Shown piece by piece: positions 1 through 10,373 of a DNA stretch of 64,000 nt. The number at the start of each line of letters is the position of its first letter. The stretch's first letter is position 1. The notes under the pieces were generated by a model that worked only from the letters and a program-made list of their open reading frames with translations, did not search any database and was not told the origin of the DNA. A program made the translations under genes and the position numbers. The DNA lies in contig CAVDCT010000005.1 in the NCBI GenBank assembly GCA_963607615.1, positions 30,754 through 94,753 of the forward strand, in the 5' to 3' direction. Source of the DNA: Roseburia sp. AF12-17LB (GTDB lineage Bacteria; Bacillota_I; Bacilli_A; RF39; UBA660).

Positions 1-37
1 AATAAGTTGATTGCATATAAGTTAAGGAGTGAAGAAA

Positions 38-1120
38 ATGATTGATGAAATTAAAAGTTTTGAACAAAGAAAAGAAGAGTTGGTAAAACAAGGAAAAGAA
101 AAAGGTTTTATAACTTATGAAGCTCTAGCTAAATCTTTAAAAGGATTAGATTTAGACGCTGATAGTTTGGATGATTTATATAATGCATTTAATCAAAATA
201 ATATAGCTATTGTATCTGAAGATGATGATGAAGAAGGTGGAGGTACTGATAAATTACTTTTAGATGATTCTACGTTAACTAAGGATTTAACAATTAATGA
301 TCCTGTAAGAATGTATCTAAAAGAGATAGGCCAAATAAAACTATTAACTTTAGAAGAAGAATCAAAATTAGCTGATCGAATAATGGAAGGTGATATGGAA
401 GCTAAAAATATTTTAGCTGAAGCTAATCTTCGTTTAGTTGTAAGTATTGCTAAAAGATATGTTGGACGTGGAATGTTATTTTTGGATTTGATTCAAGAAG
501 GTAATATAGGGTTGATGAAAGCGGTTGATAAATTTGATGTTTCTAAAGGATATAAATTTTCAACTTATGCAACATGGTGGATAAGACAAGCTATAACTCG
601 TGCTATTGCTGATCAAGCTAGAACAATTCGTGTTCCAGTACATATGGTAGAGACTATCAATAAATTAGCTCGTGTTCAACGTCAATTAACTTTGGAATTG
701 AATCGTGAACCAACTGAAGAAGAATTAGCTAAGAAAATGAACACTAGTGTAGATAAAATACGTGAGATATATAAAATTAGTCAAGATCCTGTTAGTTTGG
801 AAACTCCTATTGGAGAAGAAGATGATTCACATTTAGGCGATTTTATTAAAGATGAAAGAAGCTTAAGCCCAGAAGAATTTGCTACTAATGAAATGTTAAA
901 GGATGAAATCAGTCAAGTTTTAGAAACGTTAACTGAAAGAGAAGAAAAAGTAGTTCGTCTTCGTTTTGGTTTAGAAGATGGAAAACCTCGTACTTTGGAA
1001 GAAGTTGGACAAATGTTTGGTGTTACAAGAGAGCGTATACGTCAAATTGAAGCTAAAGCACTTCGAAAGTTAAGACATCCATCAAGAAGTCGTAAATTAC
1101 GTGATTATATTGGTGAATAA
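38..1120 (+). CDS. rpoD: RNA polymerase sigma-70 factor RpoD
   Basis: Acidic N-terminal region 1.1 and conserved sigma-70 regions 2-4 ([27 protein letters not shown]; [18 protein letters not shown]). An AAGGAG RBS lies 9 nt upstream of the ATG at 38; the track start at 29 is a GTG with no spacing. Confidence 0.95.
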   Translation: MIDEIKSFEQRKEELVKQGKEKGFITYEALAKSLKGLDLDADSLDDLYNAFNQNNIAIVSEDDDEEGGGTDKLLLDDSTLTKDLTINDPVRMYLKEIGQIKLLTLEEESKLADRIMEGDMEAKNILAEANLRLVVSIAKRYVGRGMLFLDLIQEGNIGLMKAVDKFDVSKGYKFSTYATWWIRQAITRAIADQARTIRVPVHMVETINKLARVQRQLTLELNREPTEEELAKKMNTSVDKIREIYKISQDPVSLETPIGEEDDSHLGDFIKDERSLSPEEFATNEMLKDEISQVLETLTEREEKVVRLRFGLEDGKPRTLEEVGQMFGVTRERIRQIEAKALRKLRHPSRSRKLRDYIGE

Positions 1121-1764
1121 TGAAATTATCAAAAAGATTGCAGACTATTGCTAATATGATTCCAAATGAGAGCAGAGTGATTGATGTTGGATGTGATCAT
1201 GGATTATTATCTATATTTTTAGCACAAGAGAAGAAATGTATTTGTTTAGCTACAGATGTAAATGAAAAAGCTTTAAATAATGCAGTGGTTAATATATCTA
1301 AATATAATGTTAACAATGTTGAAACTATATTAACCGATGGAATTAATGATATAAAAATTAATGATGAAGATTATATTGTAATAGCAGGAATGGGAACAAC
1401 AACTATAAAACATATTTTAAATTCTAAAAAATTAAGTTCGCATTTAATTATTTCTTCTAATAACCAATTATTTGAATTGCGAAATTATATTACACATTTG
1501 GGATATATAATAGTTAAAGAAGAATTTGTTATTGATCATCAAAAAAAATATGTTATTATTGAGTTTTTTAAAGGTAAAAAGAAATACTCTAATTTAGATT
1601 TACGTTATGGACCGATTTTAAAAGGTAATATTGATTATTTAATTTATGAGTTAGAAAAATTATTTAAAATAAAAGAAAGCGCTCAATTTGGAAATTTTAT
1701 TGTTAGGCATAATAACCAAAAAGAAATAAATAAAGTAAAAAAATTAATAGATAAATTGAAATAG
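1120..1764 (+). CDS. SAM-dependent tRNA (adenine22-N1)-methyltransferase TrmK-like
   Basis: N-terminal VIDVGCDHGLLSIFLA Rossmann/SAM motif. Typical position directly after rpoD in Firmicutes, with ATGA start/stop overlap to rpoD. Confidence 0.7.
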   Translation: MKLSKRLQTIANMIPNESRVIDVGCDHGLLSIFLAQEKKCICLATDVNEKALNNAVVNISKYNVNNVETILTDGINDIKINDEDYIVIAGMGTTTIKHILNSKKLSSHLIISSNNQLFELRNYITHLGYIIVKEEFVIDHQKKYVIIEFFKGKKKYSNLDLRYGPILKGNIDYLIYELEKLFKIKESAQFGNFIVRHNNQKEINKVKKLIDKLK

Positions 1765-1780
1765 ATAATTTTTATAATAA

Positions 1781-1816
1781 AACCCGTTGTTTAATAAACA
1801 ATGGGCTTTATTTATT
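1781..1816. terminator. Bidirectional rho-independent terminator between convergent genes
   Basis: Hairpin CCCGTTGTTT-aat-AAACAATGGG (1783-1805) flanked by A-rich and T-rich tracts on either side. Confidence 0.6.
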
Positions 1817-2120
1817 ATATGAAAAAAGTTGGACCTTCATCATTAGTGCTAGTTCTTACATTTTGAGTATTAATTATAGGTTCTATTTCTTTAGTTTGCT
1901 CAGGTAACTCGGTTTTCTTGAATTCGTTCATCACATTGAACATAGTTTTTAAATTTTTCATCATTGGTGATACTTGTTTAACAACTGGAATCGCCTGATT
2001 GACTAAATTCAGTGTTTTCGAGGTACCACTGATAATAGAACTTAAACTTAGTTTACTAAACAAACTTGGAGCACTAGATTCGATTGGAATAGAATATAAA
2101 TATGGGTTATAGAAATTCAT
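1815..2120 (-). CDS. Hypothetical protein (101 aa)
   Basis: Reverse-strand ORF with a strong RBS: the reverse complement of 2121-2135 gives AAGGAGGA + 3 nt + ATG. No recognisable domain. Confidence 0.5.
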   Translation of the reverse strand: MNFYNPYLYSIPIESSAPSLFSKLSLSSIISGTSKTLNLVNQAIPVVKQVSPMMKNLKTMFNVMNEFKKTELPEQTKEIEPIINTQNVRTSTNDEGPTFFI

Positions 2121-2177
2121 AAATCCTCCTTTGTCATTATAATATTATATTCTTTTAGGTTCTAAAGTTGTTAGTAA

Positions 2178-3044
2178 TCAATAAAAGATTAGAATAAAAA
2201 AGCCTGTTAATAATGCGTGAAAAATTCTAGATAAGAGATATGGTAGGTACTTAATTTTTAGATCACTTAATATTCCATAAACTTGAAAATGTATACATAC
2301 TCCACCAAAAGACAGTAAACATCCATATAAAATGGTCTTAAGTTTAATATTTATATCTAAAGTGTTGAGATAATTTAAACCCTGTGATAATTCTAATATA
2401 ATATTGAAAATAGGTAAGTTAATTATTGATGATAAAATATAAAAGCAAACAACTGTACCTAAAATAAAGAGTAAAGTTGTCATAGCTTGATTTATAGCTG
2501 CTGATAGCATTTGTGAAATATTAAAATTATTAGTCATATTTTTTTCATTGGTTATATTTTTTTCAGACGTATATTTATTTCTAATGATTATACCAATTAT
2601 AAAATTACTTAAATAATGCGCTAATAAAACTAAAAAAGTCTTATGTTTAATCATACTCATTATAAATAAGGGATTAGAAAAATGCGAAAATAGTATTACT
2701 TTTTGAACATCATTTTTATCAATTAAATTAGCTGCATACATTTCTTTTGCGATTTTAGCATTACTGGGAAATCCTGATATTATACTCATAAAAAGAATAT
2801 ATGAAGTGTTTTCATTTAACTTAAATAATTTAGTATTGATCTTTTTAAAAATAAAATTTATATATTTAATAAGATTTAAATTTATTAAAATTGATGATAT
2901 AATAAACATAGGAAATAATGATGGAAAAATTTTTGTTAAAAAAAGTTCACATGCTTCTATTATACTAGAAGTAACAATTGGATAATTTTTGAATATTAAG
3001 AAAGTTATTAATAAGACTATAAATAATACAATATTTTTTATCAT
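2178..3044 (-). CDS. Polytopic membrane protein, nucleoside-recognition (Gate) domain, YlbJ/SpmA-like
   Basis: Hydrophobic multi-TM protein. Its composition and opposite-strand position next to a ylbL-like gene mirror the Bacillus ylbJ arrangement. The family assignment is by resemblance only. Confidence 0.45.
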   Translation of the reverse strand: MIKNIVLFIVLLITFLIFKNYPIVTSSIIEACELFLTKIFPSLFPMFIISSILINLNLIKYINFIFKKINTKLFKLNENTSYILFMSIISGFPSNAKIAKEMYAANLIDKNDVQKVILFSHFSNPLFIMSMIKHKTFLVLLAHYLSNFIIGIIIRNKYTSEKNITNEKNMTNNFNISQMLSAAINQAMTTLLFILGTVVCFYILSSIINLPIFNIILELSQGLNYLNTLDINIKLKTILYGCLLSFGGVCIHFQVYGILSDLKIKYLPYLLSRIFHALLTGFFILIFY

Positions 3045-3136
3045 AATAAATTATATTGAAATAAACAATAAAAATTGACAAAATAAAAAAAAAGTGATAA
3101 CATAGTCCACATCTCGTAATGAAGGGGGATATATAT

Positions 3137-4711
3137 ATGAAATTTAAAAATCTTAAAGTAAATTTTGGTGCTTTTAAAGGCTTAAAAGGAAAAGTAAAAA
3201 ATTTTTGGAATGGTAAAAGTAAAAAACAGAAAAAAGCTTTTGTTGTATCAAGTGGTGTATCATTAGCTGTAGTTATAACTATGCTAACGGCTTGTCACAA
3301 TACTGGAAAGCTAAAGGATGAGGTTGGTACTCTTAATATTCCAACTACAACTTCTACATCAGATGAAGTAGATGGATTTGTAGGACCAATGTCTCAAACT
3401 ACAACAACAACTACAGATACAACAGAAATACCAGAAACAACGCAAACAACTCATGGCTTTTTATCAGATATTCTAGATAATATTAGTGTTCAGATTGATG
3501 ACAAACTAAAAACAGAAGAAATTGCAGAACAAATAGCTCAAGACATAAATGATGGAGTTTCAGCTATAGCTGTTGATGAGAATGGAAATGAAATTTCAGG
3601 TTCTGTTGATAGTAATGGTGAAATCGTAGAAGATGTATATTATGATGGTAATTATTATGAGGCTCCAGATGGACTAATATATTCGAATGAGGATACTTAT
3701 AATAATACTAATCAAGATTCAACGACAATAATAGATAATGGTGGATATGATAATCTATATGTAGATGAAAATGGAAACTATTGGACTTCTTATGAAGAAT
3801 ATGTTAATGGAACAGAAGAAAGTACAACTAATATTGAAGTACCATCTGATGATGATAATGGTACAAGTAGTGAAGACGATTCTTATGGTGATGAACCAGG
3901 ATATACTGATCCAGATGGAAATCTTTGGGTAAGTGAAGATGCTTATAATGACGCTGTTAATCCAAATTATGTTGATGATGATTTATTTGTAGCACCAGAT
4001 GGATCACTTTGGGATTCAGAAGAAGTCTATAATGATTATTTGAAGGATATAGAGGAAGTTTATGGACCAAATGATTCTGATGAAATAGAGGATCCTGTTA
4101 CAGAAGAAACTGATGGTTATAAAGCGCCAGATGGTACATATTGGAATTCAGAAGAAGAATATAAAGAACATTTGAATTCACAAGATGAAGAATATTATGA
4201 AGCACCAGATGGATCACTTTGGGCCAGTGAAGAAGAATATAATAATTCTATAAATAATTCAACAGTAACAACTGCACCAGAAGAAGAACAAGAAACTACA
4301 ACAACTACTGTTACAACGGTTGAACCAGAAATTGGAGAACCACCTATAGAAACAACAACAGAAGAAGAAAAACAAGAAACTACAACAACTACTGTTACAA
4401 CTGCTGAGCCAGAAATTGGAGAACCACCTATAGAAACAACAACAGAAGAAGAAAAGCAAGAAAGTACAACAACTACTGTTACAACGGTTGAACCAGAAAT
4501 TGGAGAACCACCTGTAGAAACAACAACAGAACAAGTAACAGAGAAACCCGCAGAAACAACAACTGAAGCAACTGATGATCAGAAAGGCCAAGGTAGTACA
4601 GAAGAAAATAATTATTATATAGCACCAGATGGTTTTGTTTGGGCATCATATGAAGATTATTTAATGTATAATAGTGGTGAATTAGAAAATACTGATTCAA
4701 AGACAAGATAG
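3137..4711 (+). CDS. Acidic tandem-repeat surface lipoprotein
   Basis: Start re-set to the ATG at 3137 (GGGGGA RBS). Long basic N-region, then a hydrophobic segment ending in the lipobox LTAC. Seven or more Y-x-APDG-x-x-W-x-SEEEY-like repeats, a Thr-rich stretch and three 28-aa TTTTVTTVEPEIGEPPIETTTEEEKQE repeats. Confidence 0.7.
   Translation: MKFKNLKVNFGAFKGLKGKVKNFWNGKSKKQKKAFVVSSGVSLAVVITMLTACHNTGKLKDEVGTLNIPTTTSTSDEVDGFVGPMSQTTTTTTDTTEIPETTQTTHGFLSDILDNISVQIDDKLKTEEIAEQIAQDINDGVSAIAVDENGNEISGSVDSNGEIVEDVYYDGNYYEAPDGLIYSNEDTYNNTNQDSTTIIDNGGYDNLYVDENGNYWTSYEEYVNGTEESTTNIEVPSDDDNGTSSEDDSYGDEPGYTDPDGNLWVSEDAYNDAVNPNYVDDDLFVAPDGSLWDSEEVYNDYLKDIEEVYGPNDSDEIEDPVTEETDGYKAPDGTYWNSEEEYKEHLNSQDEEYYEAPDGSLWASEEEYNNSINNSTVTTAPEEEQETTTTTVTTVEPEIGEPPIETTTEEEKQETTTTTVTTAEPEIGEPPIETTTEEEKQESTTTTVTTVEPEIGEPPVETTTEQVTEKPAETTTEATDDQKGQGSTEENNYYIAPDGFVWASYEDYLMYNSGELENTDSKTR
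4289..4540 (+). repeat. 3 x 84-bp near-perfect in-frame tandem repeat inside the lipoprotein gene
   Basis: Units start at 4289, 4373 and 4457 (caagaaactacaacaactactgttacaac...); the third unit diverges near 4531. The antisense ORFs 4259-4591 and 4479-4706 are artefacts of this repeat. Confidence 0.9.
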
Positions 4712-4771
4712 TTTAAATACTATCTTTTTTCTTTTCTTTGTGTTATGATTTATAGTATGGATAGTGATAAT

Positions 4772-5770
4772 ATGAAAATGAAAATTAAATTTATAGTTAA
4801 ATATGTAGTTTTTTTAGCTTTAACTCTGTTTATTTGTTTATATGAGTTTCCATATTATATTGATGCGCCAGGTGGATTAGATAATCTTAATAATAAAGTT
4901 AAAATTGAAGGTGCATATGAAGCTAAAGGAAGTATAAATTTAACTTATGTTAGTGAATTAAAGGCTACATTACCATTTCTTTTTATTGCTTATTTACATC
5001 CGGACTGGAAGATCGAATCTAAAAAAAGTACTAATATAGGAACTTTGGATTATGAGAACTATATGCTACGTGAACAAATTTTGATGAGACAATCATACAC
5101 TTCAGCTATCAAATATGCATATGAAACAGCAAATAAAGATGTATCAGTAGAAGAAGAGAAGTGCTATGTCACTTATGTTTTTGAAGGTTCTAAAACTGAT
5201 CTTCAAGTATCTGATCAAATTATAAGCATAGATGGAGTAAAAATAAATCATTGTAATGAAATAAGTAGTATAGTTAAAAATAAAAAAGAAGGTGACACAT
5301 CAAAATTAGTAGTTGTTAAGAATGATAAAGAAAGTGTTAAAACAGTAGAATATAAAGATTTTGATGGTCAAATAGCAATAGGAATACAATTGGGTATTGA
5401 ATATGTTTTGAAAACTAATCCAGAGTATGAAATGGATTTCAATCAAAATGAATATGGCCCAAGTGGAGGATTGATGATTTCTCTATCTGTATATAATAGT
5501 TTAGTTGAAACAGATATCACAGGAGGTAAAACTATTGCAGGAACAGGAACTTTAGAAGCTGATGGAACTGTTGGTGAAATTGGAGGAATTGATTATAAAT
5601 TAAAAGGTGCTGTTAAGAAACACGCTGATGTATTTTTTGCACCTAGTGGTGAAAATTATGAAGATGCTATTAAATTAAAGGAAGAACGTAATTATAAAAT
5701 TGATATAGTAGAGGTCAAAACTTTTACAGATGCCTTAGAATATCTAGAAAATAACGTTGTTAAAAAATAG
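4772..5770 (+). CDS. PDZ domain-containing Lon-like S16 peptidase (YlbL/SepM family)
   Basis: N-terminal TM segment, a central PDZ-like region (ISIDGVKINHCNEI) and a C-terminal Lon protease S16 signature (GPSGGLMISLSVYNSL...GGIDYKLKGAVK). The start is probably the MKMKIKF methionine rather than the track start at 4745. Confidence 0.8.
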   Translation: MKMKIKFIVKYVVFLALTLFICLYEFPYYIDAPGGLDNLNNKVKIEGAYEAKGSINLTYVSELKATLPFLFIAYLHPDWKIESKKSTNIGTLDYENYMLREQILMRQSYTSAIKYAYETANKDVSVEEEKCYVTYVFEGSKTDLQVSDQIISIDGVKINHCNEISSIVKNKKEGDTSKLVVVKNDKESVKTVEYKDFDGQIAIGIQLGIEYVLKTNPEYEMDFNQNEYGPSGGLMISLSVYNSLVETDITGGKTIAGTGTLEADGTVGEIGGIDYKLKGAVKKHADVFFAPSGENYEDAIKLKEERNYKIDIVEVKTFTDALEYLENNVVKK

Positions 5771-5813
5771 ACTTTTGTCTATTTTTTGTGTTAAAATAAA
5801 CATTGGTGATGTT

Positions 5814-8357
5814 ATGAAAATGTCTGAAGTTGATTTAAATAAGATTACGCCTATGATGCGTCAATATATAGATATAAAAAATAAAAATAAAGATATTATT
5901 ATCTTTTTTCGCTTAGGGGATTTTTATGAAGTTTTCTTTGAAGATGCTGTTACAGTTTCTAGGGAGTTAGAATTAACTCTAACAGGACGTAGTGCTGGTT
6001 TAGAAGAAAGAGTTCCAATGTGTGGTGTTCCTCATCATGCTGTTAGTGTTTATATTGAAAAATTAGTTGATAAAGGATATAAGGTTGGAATATGTGAACA
6101 ACTTGAAGACCCTGCTACTGCTAAAGGAATAGTTGAGCGTGGGCTTATTCAAATAATTAGTCGTGGAACAGTTACTAATGGAGAGTCATTAAGTGAAAAT
6201 GATTTTAATTATATTGGTAGTGTTTTAGATTTTAATAATTCTTACGCTTTAAGTTATACTGATATTACAACTGGAATTATTTATGTTACTTTATTGGGTC
6301 ATAATGCTAATAATTTAGTTAGTGAAATTGTGTCTTTAAATCTAAAAGAAGTTGTTACTAATTCTAAATTGGAACATTCGATTATAAATATATTAAAAAA
6401 TCAATTTAAAATTGTTATTAGTATTAATGATGAAATTATTGAACATGATGAATATAAGTATGTTTATGAAGATTTAACTGATGATAGATTAAAAGATGTT
6501 GTTAAACATTTGTTAACATATATAACAGCAACACAGATGCGTTCACTTGCTCATATTCAAAAAGCAATTCTAAAAGAAGATAATAGCTTTTTAAAAATGG
6601 ATGTACATACTAAAAGAAACTTAGAATTAACGGAAACTCTTAGATTAAAGCAACGTAATTATTCACTTATATGGGTTTTAGATAAAACAAAAACAGCTAT
6701 GGGGGCACGTCTTTTAAAAAATTATATTGAAAATCCTTTAATTAATAAAGAAGAAATTAATCGTCGTTATGACGTTGTCGAATCTTTGATTAAAGAGTTT
6801 ATTTTAAGGGAAGATTTAAAAAACTTATTATATGAAGTTTATGATTTAGAACGTTTATCTGGTCGTATTGCGTTTGGAAATGCTAATGCTAGGGATTTGT
6901 TACAGTTGAAATCAAGTTTAAAAGTTTTACCTGATATTAGTAATATTTTAAATGCACTTAATTATAAAGATATTTTAGTATTAGATGATTTATATTCGTT
7001 ATTAGATAGTAGTATATATGAAAATCCACCAGTTGGGTTAAAAGAAGGCTATTTGATAAAAGAAGGCTATAATAGTGAGCTGGATGAGCTTAAATCTTTA
7101 CGAAAAGGTGGTAAAGATTTTGTAGCACGTTTTGAGACAGAAGAAAGAGAACGTACAGGTATTAAAAATTTAAAGGTAGGTTATAATAAAGTTTTTGGAT
7201 ATTATATTGAAATATCTAAAGGACAAGTATCACAGGTTAAGGATGAGTATGGATATGAAAGAAAACAGACTTTAAGTAATTGTGAACGTTATATTAGTCC
7301 TATTTTAAAAGAAAAAGAAGCATTGATTTTAAATGCGGAAGAACGTATTATTGAACTTGAGTATAATCTTTTTATTTCTATTCGTGATAAAATTAAAGGT
7401 TATATTCCAAAGTTACAAGAGGTTTCTAAAATAATTAGCGAGATAGATGTATTACAATCATTTGCTACTATTGCAGAGGAGAATAATTATATTAGACCTA
7501 CATTAACTGATGACCGCAATTTGCACCTTATAGATAATCGTCATGCAGTAGTAGAAAAAGTTCTTGATACTGAATATGTATGTAATGATATTATATTAGA
7601 TAATGATACTAATATTGAACTTATTACAGGGCCTAATATGGCTGGTAAAAGTACATACATGAGACAATTAGCAATCACTGTAATTATGGCTCAAATAGGA
7701 TGCTTTGTACCTGCAAAGGAGGCTATTATGCCTATATTTGATGCTATATATACTAGAATTGGTGCTAGTGATGATTTAGTTAGTGGAGAATCAACTTTTA
7801 TGGTTGAGATGAAAGAAGCTAATAATGCTATTAGTAATGCAACTAGTAAGAGTTTAGTTTTGTTTGATGAATTAGGAAGAGGTACTGCCACTTTTGATGG
7901 AATGGCTTTAGCACAAGCTATTATTGAATATATTCATGACCATATAAAATGTAAAACACTTTTTTCAACTCATTATCATGAGTTAACAGATTTAGAAAAT
8001 AACCTTAAGTATTTGAAAAATATTCATGTTAGTGCTCATGAGGAAAATGGAGAAATTACTTTCTTACATAAAATAGAACTTGGAAGTGTAGATAAGAGTT
8101 ATGGTATTCATGTTGCTAAATTAGCTAATTTACCAGACAAATTAATTAATCGAGCTTCATCGATTTTAAAAGTGTATGAAGCAAAAGAAGAAAAAAGGGA
8201 TATAAAAATTCAAGAATCCTTACCATTAGACGAGTTATGTGAAAAAACACAATCTCTAGTAGAGGAAAGAATTAAGGAGATAGATCCTTTACGCATAACA
8301 CCAATCGATGCTTTAAATCTACTATGTGAACTTAAAGAGTTAGCTAATAAGAGTTAA
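5814..8357 (+). CDS. mutS: DNA mismatch repair protein MutS
   Basis: Mismatch-binding N-terminus (MMRQYIDIK...GDFYEVFFEDA), Walker A GPNMAGKSTYMRQ, and STFMVEMKEA / DELGRGT motifs. Start re-set to the ATG at 5814, preceded by a GGTGA RBS. Confidence 0.95.
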   Translation: MKMSEVDLNKITPMMRQYIDIKNKNKDIIIFFRLGDFYEVFFEDAVTVSRELELTLTGRSAGLEERVPMCGVPHHAVSVYIEKLVDKGYKVGICEQLEDPATAKGIVERGLIQIISRGTVTNGESLSENDFNYIGSVLDFNNSYALSYTDITTGIIYVTLLGHNANNLVSEIVSLNLKEVVTNSKLEHSIINILKNQFKIVISINDEIIEHDEYKYVYEDLTDDRLKDVVKHLLTYITATQMRSLAHIQKAILKEDNSFLKMDVHTKRNLELTETLRLKQRNYSLIWVLDKTKTAMGARLLKNYIENPLINKEEINRRYDVVESLIKEFILREDLKNLLYEVYDLERLSGRIAFGNANARDLLQLKSSLKVLPDISNILNALNYKDILVLDDLYSLLDSSIYENPPVGLKEGYLIKEGYNSELDELKSLRKGGKDFVARFETEERERTGIKNLKVGYNKVFGYYIEISKGQVSQVKDEYGYERKQTLSNCERYISPILKEKEALILNAEERIIELEYNLFISIRDKIKGYIPKLQEVSKIISEIDVLQSFATIAEENNYIRPTLTDDRNLHLIDNRHAVVEKVLDTEYVCNDIILDNDTNIELITGPNMAGKSTYMRQLAITVIMAQIGCFVPAKEAIMPIFDAIYTRIGASDDLVSGESTFMVEMKEANNAISNATSKSLVLFDELGRGTATFDGMALAQAIIEYIHDHIKCKTLFSTHYHELTDLENNLKYLKNIHVSAHEENGEITFLHKIELGSVDKSYGIHVAKLANLPDKLINRASSILKVYEAKEEKRDIKIQESLPLDELCEKTQSLVEERIKEIDPLRITPIDALNLLCELKELANKS

Positions 8358-8408
8358 TTCTTTTTTGACGAAAAAATTTAATAAATATCAATAAAATAAA
8401 GGATTTGT

Positions 8409-8437
8409 TTGTCAAGCTTGAATTTTTTTGATATAAT
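8409..8437 (+). promoter_or_regulatory. Sigma-A-type promoter upstream of parE
   Basis: TTGTCA, a 17-nt spacer, then TATAAT (8432-8437). Confidence 0.5.
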
Positions 8438-8454
8438 ACGTAGAGGTGAATGAT

Positions 8455-10365
8455 ATGAACAAATATGATGAATCTTCAATAAAAATATTAGAGGGCTTAG
8501 AAGCCGTTCGTAAAAGACCTGGTATGTACATTGGGTCTACAGATAAAAAGGGATTACACCATTTAGTTTGGGAGATTGTTGATAACTCGATCGACGAAAT
8601 TATAAATGGTTATGGAAATAAAATTAGAATAATTTTACATGCAGATCATAGTGTAAGTGTCGAAGACGAAGGACGTGGAGTTCCAGTTGGAAAACACGCA
8701 AGTGGTAAAGACACTCCTGAAGTGATTTATACAGTATTACATGCTGGTGGTAAATTTGAATCTAGCGGATATTCTGTTTCTGGTGGATTACATGGCGTAG
8801 GTGCTAGTGTTGTTAATGCTTTAAGTAAATGGATGGAAGTAACTATTAAAAGAGATGGATATGAGTATTTTATATCGTTTAAAGATGGTGGAAAGGTCTC
8901 ACAGAAACTTACTAAAAGAGATAAAACTTCTAAAACAGGTACTAAAGTTAGATTTATGCCTGATGATGAAATATTTTCAACAACTAACTTTTCTTTTACA
9001 ACTATTTGTGAAAGAATGCAAGAAAGTGCATTTTTGCTTAAGGGACTAACTGTTGAAGTAATTGATGAAGAAGATAAAAAACAGGAAACTTTTCATTATG
9101 AACGTGGGTTGCAAGCTTTTGTTGAATATATAAATGACGATCGTAAAACATTACACAAAGTCGTTGAATTTAATGGATTAAAAGATTCTATTGATGTTTC
9201 TGTAGCATTCCAATATACAGAAACCTATTCAGAAAATATTGTGTCTTTTGTTAACAATGTTAAAACTATTGATGGTGGAACACATGAAGTTGGATTTAAA
9301 ACAGCTTTAACACGTGTTTTCAATGATTATGCTAGATCAAATGGTTATCTTAAACCTAAAGATAAAAATTTAGAAGGTCCAGATACTCGTGAGGGTTTAA
9401 CCGCTATTATTAGTTTGAAAATACCTGAAGCTTTATTACAGTTTGAAGGTCAAACTAAATCTAAATTAGGAACACCATCTGCTCGTACAGTTGTAGAGAG
9501 TATAATTTCTGAAAAACTTCAATTCTTTTTAGAAGAAAATAAAGAGATTGCTACTAAAATAGTAGAAAAAATGGTTAAAAGTAAATCTGTACGTGAAGCT
9601 GCACGAAAAGCTCGTGATGAGGCCCGTAATGGAAAAGACAAGGGTAAGAAAGAGAGAATAATAAATGGTAAGTTAACACCTGCTCAATCTAAAAATCCGA
9701 AAATTAATGAATTGTTTTTAGTCGAGGGAGATTCAGCTGGAGGAAGTGCTAAAACAGGTAGAGATAGAAAGTATCAAGCTATTTTACCATTAAGAGGTAA
9801 AGTATTAAATACAGAAAAAGCTAGCTTGGAAGAAGCTTATAAGAATGAAGAAATTAATACTATGATACATGCTATTGGTGCTGGAGCTGGAAGCGATTTT
9901 GATATTAATGATAGTAATTATGATAAAGTAATTATTATGACCGATGCTGATGTAGATGGTTCCCATATTCAAATATTATTACTTACATTTTTCTATCGTT
10001 ATATGAAACCATTAATTGAACATGGACATTTATATATTGCAATGCCACCATTATATAAGATTGAATGTGGTAAAGAAGGAGAGTATGCCTGGACAGAAGA
10101 AGATAGAAAATTACTGCTAGAAAAGTATAAGGGAAAGCCAACAAAGACTCAAAGATATAAAGGTTTAGGAGAAATGGACGCTACACAACTATGGGAAACT
10201 ACAATGGATCCTAAAACTCGTAGTTTAATTAAAGTTAGTATTAGTGATGCAGCGCTCGCAGAAAAACGAGTTTCTGTTCTTATGGGTGATAAAGTTGATC
10301 CTAGAAAAGAATGGATCGAAGAGAATGTTGAGTTCTCTTTAGAAGATAATTACAAAATTAATTAG
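8455..10365 (+). CDS. parE: Type IIA topoisomerase ATPase subunit, most likely topoisomerase IV subunit B (ParE)
   Basis: GHKL ATPase and TOPRIM motifs (LEGLEAVRKRPGMYIGST, EGDSAGGSAK, PLRGKVLN, IMTDADVDGSHI). Called ParE rather than GyrB because the partner subunit looks ParC-like and there is no GyrA box. Confidence 0.75.
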   Translation: MNKYDESSIKILEGLEAVRKRPGMYIGSTDKKGLHHLVWEIVDNSIDEIINGYGNKIRIILHADHSVSVEDEGRGVPVGKHASGKDTPEVIYTVLHAGGKFESSGYSVSGGLHGVGASVVNALSKWMEVTIKRDGYEYFISFKDGGKVSQKLTKRDKTSKTGTKVRFMPDDEIFSTTNFSFTTICERMQESAFLLKGLTVEVIDEEDKKQETFHYERGLQAFVEYINDDRKTLHKVVEFNGLKDSIDVSVAFQYTETYSENIVSFVNNVKTIDGGTHEVGFKTALTRVFNDYARSNGYLKPKDKNLEGPDTREGLTAIISLKIPEALLQFEGQTKSKLGTPSARTVVESIISEKLQFFLEENKEIATKIVEKMVKSKSVREAARKARDEARNGKDKGKKERIINGKLTPAQSKNPKINELFLVEGDSAGGSAKTGRDRKYQAILPLRGKVLNTEKASLEEAYKNEEINTMIHAIGAGAGSDFDINDSNYDKVIIMTDADVDGSHIQILLLTFFYRYMKPLIEHGHLYIAMPPLYKIECGKEGEYAWTEEDRKLLLEKYKGKPTKTQRYKGLGEMDATQLWETTMDPKTRSLIKVSISDAALAEKRVSVLMGDKVDPRKEWIEENVEFSLEDNYKIN

Positions 10366-10373
10366 GAGGAACT

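Noticed and set aside
4259-4706. Two antisense ORFs (110 aa Cys/Phe-rich and 75 aa) inside the lipoprotein gene
   Set aside because: They are reverse-complement reading frames of the Thr/Glu-rich 84-bp tandem repeats (ACA/GAA codons read as TGT/TTC). They have no RBS and are embedded in a gene with strong coding signal on the + strand.
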